From Octopus sinensis (taxonomy: Eukaryota), in contig NC_042997.1 in the NCBI RefSeq assembly GCF_006345805.1, positions 95,542,001 through 95,606,000 on the forward strand: a stretch of DNA of 64,000 nucleotides. Direction: 5' to 3'. The position numbers and the translations under genes were made by a program. Of this stretch, positions 11,090-22,884 are shown piece after piece. The notes under the pieces are model-generated. The model saw only the letters and a list, made by a program, of their open reading frames with translations, was not told where the DNA came from and did not search any database. Position 1 is the stretch's first letter; each line of letters starts with the position of its first letter.

Positions 11090-11341
11090 TTCGAGATACC
11101 GTTAAAGCCAGGATCTCTTCAACACACCTTCGTGTATCTATACACATATATATATATCACCATGATAGATCGTTAGCCGCTACACATATGTTTTTTTCCT
11201 GCTTGTTTTTTCTGTGACCCTTTCTGTAGAAGAGCGTAGGCTCGAAACGTAAAAGACTTTTTCTATTCCTGAGCGTTATACTAATACATCTGTTTGCTTT
11301 GTACACCACCCGTCATCGTCTTTTGTTTTTTCCTAAACTGT

Positions 11342-11393
<52 letters not shown>

Positions 11394-11440
11394 AGAGTTT
11401 ACGCTCTTCTACAGAAAGGGTCACAGAAAAAACATGTATA
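11090..11440 (+). mobile_element. Short repeat with a minimal HHR-like motif (11220-11255) and a partial inverted copy (11391-11440) across a (TA)n tract; probable Penelope-derived terminus
   Basis: CTTT CTGTAGAA GAGC GTAG GCTC GAAAC GTA AAAG. 11401-11438 is the reverse complement of catgttttttctgtgaccctttctgtagaagagcgt. Confidence 0.55.
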
Positions 11441-11471
<31 letters not shown>

Positions 11472-11513
11472 CATACATATATATTATACTCATGTAGCGA
11501 AAGAAAGAGAGAG

Positions 11514-11551
<38 letters not shown>

Positions 11552-11788
11552 TTAGTTATAGGATCGACTACGATCTAGGAACTTCGACACATAGGTCGTC
11601 AGAAATGTCTTGATACAATAACATAAGGTTCACAGTGATGTAACCATGATATATATATCAGGTGTTCGTTGGATACTCTAGGTATGGAAGTGCCAAATAC
11701 AGTTCATACACTAGACCCAAATCGGCTGATTCTTGATGTGGCGTGCGTGCACACACACACACACACTCACACACACACACACACACAT

Positions 11789-11862
<74 letters not shown>

Positions 11863-11993
11863 ACACTGCATGCATATACACTCACACACATACACACTTT
11901 ATATATACATAAACATGATATAAAGAAATATATATAGGAAATAAATGTACGAAAGTACATCTCATGACTACAACACCTCTATGCTATTTGTAG

Positions 11994-12029
11994 GTTCGTA
12001 CACCTTGTATTGACTATGAAAAAATTAAG
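11994..12029 (+). other. Candidate small exon (VRTPCIDYEKIK)
   Basis: tttgtag|36 nt open|gtaagt. Splice signals only, no homology recognised. Confidence 0.25.
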
Positions 12030-13169
12030 GTAAGTGTTTTGAAATAATATAGTCGTTCGATCTCTTTGCTTTTCACACGCCTTTTAAAACCACTTCTAAT
12101 TTCTCTATAAATTCGAATGTTAATTTCAAGGTAACACTTATCCACCAATCTTAACTGGATCCGTTATGATAAAGGTGTTATCCCATCTTTTCGATATCTG
12201 TTTAAAGTTTTACCTGTATATGGTGGATTATATAATATGATATAATATATGTACACATTGTAATAAAACAGTTGTAAATTTTAAACTCCATTTGTTTTCT
12301 ATTAATATATATGTGTGTATTCTAGAATGGGTAACACTCTTGCCACTGTACATGGAGGTTGTGTATGCATGAATAGCTTTGTCTAAAGTCAATGTTCTTG
12401 TTGAATGCGCCCTTACTGTTCCTTGAAATTGAGAGTAGAGACCTAACCTTTAGGGGAGGGCGTGTTAGAATTAAGGAGAATGTACATGCACTGAAGAAAA
12501 CTCTTGAAGTATATCACAGATTATAAAGTATGAGAGAGAGCTTCCTTACTACACGTTGCAATCGTGATGTTTGAAAGGAACATCATGGTATAAGAAAAGT
12601 GAGATGAATATATATATATATACCTTGCATGTGTAATTATATTGATTTCAACGTATTAGTGACGACAAGAACAAAGAAATTATTTTGTTTAATGCTTCTT
12701 TCCATTGCTTGATATAGGAAATTGGAAAATCCTGACCACAACAGAGAAATTCTAACTTAACAAAATGTATAGAAAGAAAAAGAAATGGTTCTGTTTTCCA
12801 AAACCAAAACATATGTTTTTAGTTGCGGTGTAATTTCATAATTAAAACAAATTTAAAATTTAAATTTGAGAAAATAGAACTTACCACGTTATCTGGTGTA
12901 TAACCGCAGTTCCAATGGGTACACACACTAAAACAAATATGTGTGTGTGTGTAAGTGTGTGGTTAGGTATTTAACAGCCAGGGATCAATTTAAGTTCAAT
13001 TGCAGAAAACTATTCAAAACAGCAATACGCACAATCATATACATACAAACATACCCATATATACGCACATATATAAATACATACCTATCAGCCACTCCCA
13101 AAAGCCAGTTTGATCTAAAATTCGAACCACCATTCTTTATATATTTACACACCAACTCACAGCCACACA

Positions 13170-13206
<37 letters not shown>

Positions 13207-13329
13207 ATTCAGCTTTTCGCTTTTGTTCATTATTTCTCTTAATCATCAGATTTTGTTTTTGTTTTGTGGCTTTCACTTTAGTGACACCAGTTACACATGG
13301 TACCACGAATGTGCTTAGTGTCATCAAAG

Positions 13330-13592
13330 TGGAAAAAATGCTTTTTAAGTTTTTGAAAATTTGAAACGAAAAGACGTGTTTTTTTTAAACTGACTATCGC
13401 TGAGACGTAAAAATTTGGATACTACTCGTTAATTTGAAATTAAACTTACCAAACAAGAGGCTCTTCTAGCGCCTCCTAGTGCCTCAAGTCTCTTAACGGT
13501 TCCTAGTGCTCCTTCCCTGCAAAACGCCCCACTCGTGCACCGAATGCCCCCCCCCCGGGGGGTATATGGTTCCCTTTGTGAACCTTTGTTCT
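13330..13592. mobile_element. Possible hAT-like DNA transposon remnant (one end)
   Basis: Ends GGTTCCCTTTGTGAACCTTTGTTCTA, resembling the reverse complement of hAT/Charlie CAGTGGTTCTCAAA termini. The other end was not found. Confidence 0.25.
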
Positions 13593-15956
13593 AAATCATT
13601 TGGAAACAATATAAATGGTACAACATTTTAAGTTATTAAATCATCTCTTGCTGATAAGCGTACGCGCAACTGAACGTATGAATAAAATGTTAATTGCATA
13701 GCTAGGTTAAAGTAGTCAATTATTACACATTTATGGTATCACTATTTGTGAATATGCGCTAGAAATACAAAAAGTATACACTGTCTTTTTGTTCTTAGGA
13801 AAAGGTTTAACTTTGCGTAGATATATAACCACAATCCCTTGACCAATCCCTCTTGTCCTCTCTTGTGCCTTTATAATTACTATTGCGTTCTGTTATGCGC
13901 CCCAGTTTGATAACGTATACTGTGATTGAAATTAATCTGACAGTTGAGAAAATATAATGAGCGACCACGTAAAACCCCTTTGTTGATTCATATTTACCGA
14001 GGTGCATTTATGTCGATATTTTCTAAAATGTGATTAATTCAATCAATATCCATTTCAGTATTATACCTGAAGCTTTAATTTGTGATACGTATACTGCATG
14101 TATTCGGTAAAGATATTTTGCATTTATTTATGAACACTATGAAATTTCTTCTTTGATAAAGAAAGTACGTATATTCTTTGCATGACAACGCAAATTACCT
14201 CATACGTACACCTGCAGGGATGAAGAAATCCTACAGCAGTATTTGCCACCTAGTAATTTCTGTGCACTAGCAAGATGCAAGATTAATGAATATTCTTCCT
14301 TGTGAATGCTATCATAAATTCTGTTATCTGTTTGAATCCATTATGCTATCGTTCTTTTTCCGGCTTTTCTTACATCACCGGGTTTTTTTTGCGACGTGAC
14401 AGGACATGCTTAAATACGATTTGGAGTCGTTTTGAAGTTGTACGTTATGACTTTTATTTAACACAATGACGGGATTTATTATTCATAATCCAAAGCTGCA
14501 TTTGTAGGTAGGCGTACAAAACTATTCATCGCTAACAATCGATAGAAATATAAAGGAACACCGCTTTCAATTTTACAAGGAATTAAACAAACAACTATCT
14601 AAAATAAAATATTGGAATATAACTGAATTGAGACTTGTGTTTCTGAAGAAAGAATTTTGATAATGTAGTAATTCTAATAGATAACGCAGTATAATGTAGG
14701 TTTTGTTTAAAGAAAGAACGAAAAAGCATGCAATAAATAAAAGACATGTGCTTTTCTGACTCAATATAAGAAAAGATTGATAGATGTAGACGACGAAATT
14801 GTAATAAGTGTATAATGATGACAAAAGGGTATAGAACTTTGAAATCCAGAAATAAATACATTAGATTGCCAAAAAAATCGGAGAATATAAGAATGAAACA
14901 TTTGAATGTTTTAAACCTGACAGTGAGAAGAAATTGGAGTCGATGTACAGTAAACAACACATACTACATGTGTTAGAAACATAAATGGATTGAAAGGAAT
15001 GAGTATGAAGTGATAGTGAAATATAATCCTGAGAACTCTGAACAAAGTACAGCACCTATATAAGAGGTGTGATATTTTCATATTTCTTCTATGCAGGTGG
15101 AATGTGGAAGTAAACAATAAAATATTATAAATGAATGAAAACACTAAAGACATGAGATGGTTTGCTAAATAATAAGGCAAACTGAAGAAAGAAGTAAAAT
15201 GAAAAAAAAAGCAAAATAAAAAATAATCAATAGAAAAGAGAGTGGGAGAAAAGTTAAAATGATAGTAGGCTTTGAAAATATATTCAATATCCATCATGTT
15301 AGAATTTCAGCCGATTGTTAAAAGCTGATATCAACTTCTTTCTTTTATATAAAAACAATAACACATTGTAAGTTTTTTTGTGGGGAGTGCCTTTCTAGAA
15401 AAGTTGTTTTCGTGCGTATATTTCAAGAGAGTATGTATTAAATGAGATTTTTGTTGGCAATTACAAGCGTAAGTCCTCGAAAATATATTCTATGAAATAT
15501 ATTTTACTAAATATGTCAAATTATAAAATGTTCCCAAGTGTAAAATCTAATATCATAATATATCCAGCTAATTTGCATTGGACGCCCAATGTAACTCTGA
15601 ATGAGGAAGTTGTAAAAAACAGCAACAAGGTTTGAATGTGTATTAGGAATTTTAAAGAAAATCAATGCTTACACAGCTATTATATTCAGGCGAAGCACTT
15701 AGTGTCATAAGTATATTGTGACATTGAAATAATAATTTCAATAAAAGCAATTCATGGTAAGATATTTTATCGCCGTACGTTTAGTTCTGCCACTAACATA
15801 AATACAGTTGTTTTGTTTGCTTTTTTGAAATTGTTATGAATAATATTTGCAGATGTCACATGATATAATTTATAAATTTTAGAGCGAAAGGAAATCACAT
15901 TATGAAGTTGTCTTAAATTAGGAAGAATAGCTAACATGATACTATTTATTACCTTC

Positions 15957-15995
15957 TATGTAAAAATAGACTGCGTGCATTAAAATGTGTATAGC

Positions 15996-16026
<31 letters not shown>

Positions 16027-16071
16027 AAGATAGCTATACACATTTTAATGCACGCAGTCTATTTTTACATA
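15957..16071. repeat. Perfect ~42-bp inverted duplication around a (TA)n tract
   Basis: tatgtaaaaatagactgcgtgcattaaaatgtgtatagctat at 15957-15998; its reverse complement at 16030-16071. Confidence 0.95.
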
Positions 16072-17382
16072 TATATATATATATATATATACATTTTCAT
16101 AAACTGACAGGGGAGATAACCGCTCCACAGTGAGCGACATCACTATACTTGTCTAGTCTCGCTTGAAAATTACAAGTTCATCAGCAGGATAGTTTGGCTA
16201 AATCCTGATTGTTAATGTATATATTTACCAAATGAATCTATGTCTGATTCAGGAAAATGCTAAAGTGAGAATTATAAAATATCGAAGGCAATTGAACTAA
16301 TTGTGACTGAGGATTCTGGGTAGCACCTATATTGTTAGAAATAGGACATTAAGTTTTCCACCTCAACAGTTAATAAATTACGAAACCAAAAGCAAAGTTA
16401 CTCAATATGAAAATCGAGGCAAACGAAAAATACACCACCGATAGTTATTGTTGACAAACAATGGCAGTAATTTTATTCAGCTGAATATACGTCATTGATT
16501 GGTTGAAATTACCGAAATGGGTCTACTTTAACGTGAAATTACTTTGTAAATATAAGTTTTTCTCAAAAAGACTAAGATTAAAACATGTTTTATATGACAC
16601 ATTCTAACAGTGTCCGAAATTTGAAAGTGCCTAGTTGCGAAAAAATATTTTAAAAATCTGTACGTCAAAAGGTAAAGATCCTAGCGAAACCAACTATTAC
16701 ACACTTTGGGCATTACGCGCCGCTGTTGCAATAGCTACAACATTAATTGTGATAATTTTTATCTTTCCATTGGACGTAAATGCAATGGGTCTGCTTTCCA
16801 CGGATCTTCACTAAATGGATATGTTTTGGAACCATATAACAATATTCTGAGTATGCATGTTTTATTAATTTCTCTTTTTTTAGTTTTTCCACACTTTCTT
16901 GAAACTTGCAGTATCATTGTCTATCCTTATATTTATATTCTCATTTAAATATGTCACTGTACAATATGAAAATATATCATCTATAACAAGCGTGTATCTA
17001 TCTACCGTGGTCACAGCGGGCGTGCATATTGGGGATGGGATAAGAGTTTTTGTTGTGCAAGTCTCTGGTGAAGATGCGTTTTCTTCTCGGGAAAACTTGT
17101 CTATCTGTGATAGTGCCGCGTCGGCAAACAGCGGAAATCGATCGGTGGATATAGATGCCTTTGTAGATTAAGATGTTATCTTAAACGAAGGACAACGGGA
17201 TGCAGGAACATTGATTTTCTGTGAGCTTTCTCGAGATTCACAAAGAAGATCCAGGCTGTAAGAAATCTGTAAGAGCAACCCGTTCACGTGTTTGATTAAT
17301 ACTTGTGCTAAAGTTCTGATAAAAGTAAAAATACGTAGAGAATAACAATCAACAGAGGTGAAAATATTATGAAAAGTTTAAG

Positions 17383-17570
17383 AAGGAGAACTGGCAAAGT
17401 CGTTAGCAAGCAGGACAAAATGTGGCTTTTCTTCTGACTTTAGATTCTGAGTTCAAATTCTGCTGTGGCTGACTTCGCCTTTCATACTTTGGCTGATAAA
17501 GTAAGCTAGTCAAGTTCAGCGGCCGATGAACTGGAGTACCATCCTACCCCCAAATTCCGGGTCACTTTCC
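17383..17570 (+). mobile_element. Degenerate tRNA-derived SINE (same family as 32560, 48691, 50705)
   Basis: ctggcaaagtcgttagc...ttctgagttcaaatt...gacttcgcctttcat matches the better copies in this window. Confidence 0.65.
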
Positions 17571-20500
17571 TATATTTTACAGAAAATAATTACAAAGTGA
17601 CAAATCATATGTTGTAGTAAGCTTATGTTAAAGCCGCACTCATATAGGAAGATTCAACTATTAAGAATTCTATACAATATCGAGTGCAATATAAATACAT
17701 TGTATTAAAACCCTATAGATATAAATGTTTCAAGATATAAATTTATAGATATAAATTTATAGATATAAATTTTTCAAGTGATGTACATTTTAATTAAATT
17801 ACCAAGTGCAGAAAATAATTAGAAATTGACAAATCATATATTGTAGTAAGCTTATGTTAAGGCCACTTTGATATTATATATTGTGCAAATTTAAAAAAGA
17901 AACCTGTATATAACGTGAAGCAATTATATTAATTTAGCATTCGCTTCAATGATTGTTTCTAATGTAGCTTTGAATTATTCATGTACATGAAGTGTTCAGG
18001 GTTAATGTCTGATAAACAGTTTTCCGTTTCTGCTTGAATTATAGATGATTCTATTGGCATCTGTCAAATAGATTATGGATGAAAGCATGGAAGTTTTTAT
18101 GCTTCTGCTTCAATTTTTCATACATAAAATATTAGTCACATGAAATAATATATAAAATTAACGTGCTTATCATTTTCCGAGTATTCGTCGATAATATATT
18201 GATTTGAAATATGAGATGACAATTATATTTAAGTGACTTGTGTCTTTTCGGTTCATGATTATTTTTCAATAATATTTAAAAATCAAATTTTCAGAAGTTG
18301 AACATATTCCTAATATTTTAACTTTTCAAAATTTGAATGTGAAATTATAGATTTTCGTTTTGCGAACAATAATTTTAGAAGTGTCAACTTATGCGAGAAT
18401 TGGAACGCCTTCATAAGAGTTCAAATGCTTTGTGAAATTTACAAACTTCACTAGCTTAGCTATCAGTGCAGTAGAAAGATACATTGGAAATTAGTTCTAA
18501 CATCCAATTTTCAACTGTTTTAATAATGGTTTTTGAGAGGTGGGTGACTTTGGCAGAAATCCATCTATGTAGTTCTGGTGTTCATAAAGATTAGTTACCA
18601 CAATCACAATGCATATGAAGGAACAGTCAATCCTTTTTATTTTAATTTTATAACTTTTCCTAAGCCATTTTTACTGTCCCTTTTAATATTACTGCATAAA
18701 ATAAGCACAAGACGAAATGTTTTAAGAGGTGGGTACGCTTGATTGGATCGGGTAAATATTGTTTATCATCAGAAGAGAAACTTTTACATGACCAGTTCTT
18801 CTTCTCGTATTAACTATTATGCTTCAAGCCTAACACTGCATTCTTAGAAAAACAAAACACAAATGTAACCCCGGAAATCCCATATCAATAACAAAAAATT
18901 GTTAAATGTTCACATTATGTTAACCGATCTGTCGCTAAATAAAATCTACTAATTGCAAAGACTAATTACAAAGACGTTTGGTTTCTTTTGGGATTTGAAC
19001 TCAAGTGGTAAAATAATTAACATACAAGTGGGCTACACTACTTGAACATAGATTCTGATTCACTTCCTCATAGCCGACCTTTATCCGGTGGTCCACTAAT
19101 TTTGATAGCAACATATTCAAAATTAAATTTCGGCACTTAACTTCAATATCAGGCGTAGTTTTTTTAAATTATTCCATACAGTTACTAGGTTTTTAAAAAT
19201 ATATAATACACTCCAGAGATTCTGTTGCATTGTGATGCAAATCTGACCACTTTATTAGATCTACATGTTATGAAATAACTGAAGTGAAAGATTTATAACT
19301 CATTAAATAATTATTGAAATCTGGCTCCCTATTTTGGAGGTCGGATATTTATTTTGAAGCATGTTGATACAAATAACGTCAGTGAAACGTAGAAAATGGT
19401 TAGAAATATTTCCAATACCTGTTATTTGTTACCATTTTATTTGAAATATATGCTCTATATCCAGTTAAACAAAATAATATCTACCAATATTCGAAATAAA
19501 GGCATCATTCTATAAATAATTTATATCGAATCTTGTGCATAATGTTCATCTTTATATAATATACATTCTTCAGGTTGCAAATCCTATTAACATAATATGT
19601 AAATATAGGTCGGTCAAAACCATTATTTTTCTTCTAGATTCCTGTAATTTGAGCAACATATATATTAACAGAATATTTAGAAATTCACATTAGAAATATG
19701 ATATATTGCTAATATTGTTCGATATCAGCAAAATTCACATAATATTCACAAGTATTTTCAATACAAACAAGAGCAATTCTCTTTGTATACAAGTAATCGA
19801 TTCGTGTAATCAAGATATGTAGTTCTGTATGTCACATAAATGCATCCCTGTATATCAATATACGATAGCAATTTATTGCAATTCCCTATACTTGCATAGA
19901 TTAAAACACATTATAGAAATGCTATGAGTACCTGATTTATGGGTAAAAAATGTATTTACATTTTTATCAAAGAATACTACCGGTTTCCATCACAATAAAG
20001 TTGATTTAATCATGCTAAATAAAAGAGGAAAGTAAATTGAAATATGTTCATCATTCATGATATTAGTTATGGTTGTTTGCCTTTATTCTAACAAATTATA
20101 CATGATGATATTTTGTTTTCTTTTGATTGCTACTGGGCCCTTTTGCATAACCGCTGCAGGAATGGCTGTCAATAGAATCAGCAGGAGGAGTGGCGGTGAG
20201 TGTCAGTTGTGTTAGTAATAATATAGGCTGTTGTAATCATTGTTTTATCAGCCTAACTAGTAGCACTAGTATTTATGGCAACTTCAGCAAAGGTTGCCTT
20301 AGCGTTAACATTAGCGGATCCCTATGTCTACTACAGATATTTAGTGATTACTGGTTTTCTGTCGTGAATATTTGGATAGCTTTTAGCATGGTTTGCCAAG
20401 TACATGGGTAGAATACTCATTGCAAAATTCTCTATATCTCCCACAAAGAAAAGGGGACATTAACAGACGGGCGAATAATTTTGGACGCGCCTGTAGTAAT

Positions 20501-22039
20501 ATAACTTTATAACCTGTGAGCATCGTTGAGAGTCATTTTAGTTCATACAATTACATCTATACTCCTGTTAGATTATTAAATTCAAAGTTCACTTTCGAAG
20601 ATATCAGAGAGTAGCATAAGACCATAAGACCATTTTTCTGTCTTATGTTACTCCTTGATATCTTGGGAAGTGAAAAATGAACGGTGAATTACAAAATCCA
20701 TAATCTGATTGCGCACGTTTCAGACAAGTTAGTTTCACATAGGGCAATGATACATATTTATCGAACTATATTTAATCATCTTAGGTTTGATTTAGGATAC
20801 CCTCGATAGCAACTATTTAAAAAGCATTAAAAACAATACACAAATAAAAACAAAAGAAAGTAAAATAATGATAGTAAAAGTAACAATTTTATTGTAATAA
20901 TATCTCAATAATTATATTAAAGAGAACTAGAACCATCAATTCGGGTATATTTAAAATACACGTTAGGGATACAGGAAATGAAATGACGGCACGCCCTCAT
21001 ATTATCATATATATGACTTTTCTATCATATTCATTCTTTTGCTTCTGTTTGTTTCTTAATTAGAGTCCTTGCTTATAACTTATATACATATTGAATTTAT
21101 CTTATTCTTAACTAACATTTGAAATATTTTTTCCTGAAAATATTGCAGTTCCTTATAGATAGAATAGAATAGAATAGCGTTGCTAATAGTCTTTCCTCAT
21201 TCTAAATTCTAACTAATCTGTCTTCCAAGCAGATGTCTATTTCTGTGAACATCAGTAGTCATTAAGCTGAGTGACGAAAATAATATATATGTATTACATA
21301 TTCACCTTATCTTTTTAGTAATATTTCAACTGCAATAACATAGTTCAATACCAACTCAACTTTATTTACTTTTTCATCTATTATATTTCACTATCCATTG
21401 CTGTATTTGGTAAGCAATTGTAAGTTTACTAATATATACTGATAGTTCCCTATATATATTGAGTAAAATAAATGTGTTGACTGGTAATATCGGGAAAGCG
21501 GGTGTTATCCCCAGTTCCGGTTTACCATTCCGTTTCCTGTTCAGTTCCCTTCTCATATCGTCGTTTATGGTAACAACCTCTTGCTAAAAATACGTATTAG
21601 GAACTATTAATTCGATTAGTAGGTGAATAAAGAATGTCTCCATATACGTTTAACAAACTTATATGCATGAGTAAAATAAATTAAATAAACAGAAAGATTG
21701 AGAAATAATCCGCGTATTGCAGAGAGCGTTGTCGGGTGTCATAGTTTATGGTAGCTGATTTCTAAACATGTGCTACAGTACCACCACTTCCACCACCTAG
21801 GGGGTCCATTATAGATTGTTATTGAAATCCAATTCGGCTATAACTCAGCTAGTTGTTAGGAACAAATAAATGACAAAATCGGATTTAACGTGGAAATTAT
21901 TTCAGTATACCAAATTTGAAATTTTTGACGTAATTTTAAAATCTCCCAGTATGTTAAAGCAGAGAGGAAGACCCTATAAAACACAAATTTATAAACGTAA
22001 ACACAGATAATCATGGCTTTAAAATGCTATATAGTAGAT

Positions 22040-22088
22040 ATATATTTGTATGTATGTATGTATGTATGTATGTATGTATGTATGTATG

Positions 22089-22119
<31 letters not shown>

Positions 22120-22120
22120 G
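22040..22120. repeat. (TATG)n microsatellite
   Basis: Direct reading. Confidence 0.9.
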
Positions 22121-22762
22121 TATTTATGCGTGTATGTATGTATGTACTTACGTATATATACCTATGTATTTGTGTGTCTTTGTGTGAATGTTCCTTTGCG
22201 ATGAAATGCAGAAAAGCCACCTAACCCTCTCCTCTTGAAGCTACGTATTCCTCACACTCAACTTTCTGTATGTGTGTGTATGTGTTGCATCTATGTATTT
22301 ACAAAAGTAGGTATGCAGCGTCGCGTGTATGTGACAGCTGTTCTCGCTTTCACTGATATGTCACCCTCTCTCTGTTACTAACTTACACTTTGTTACTACG
22401 TCAGATTTATACTTTTTCCAACTTTCATCCTACAATTCGTCCAACGCCTCTGGTGTGGGGGCGCTCATTATCGATTTTTATTGAAATCCATTTAGCCTAT
22501 TATTGAACTGGATGTTAGTTTAACATGTATGCAACGTTTCGTGAATATTAGTTCGGTGGTTTAGACACTAAGATGGTAAGAAACAGCCCGGGAAACATAC
22601 ATGTATATATGTACGTATGTACTAATGTATGTATGAATATATGTATATATATGTGTGTATTTATATATATATATATGTGTGTGTATATATATATGTGTAT
22701 GTATATAGCTATGTATATATTTGTATATCTATGTATATGTGTGTGTGCGTGTGCGTGTGTGT

Positions 22763-22884
22763 GATCTACTTGCTCAACGAAACAGTCTCCTCACGAAACA
22801 GTCAGGCACACGGATAGAGCACGCGCCGGGAATCGAACTCACGACTTTGTGTCGGATACTCTAATCACAAAGCTGCGCATTTTC
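22763..22884 (-). mobile_element. tRNA-derived SINE head fragment
   Basis: The minus strand has an A-box-like segment followed by GAGTTCGATTCCCGG (B box). Confidence 0.6.
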
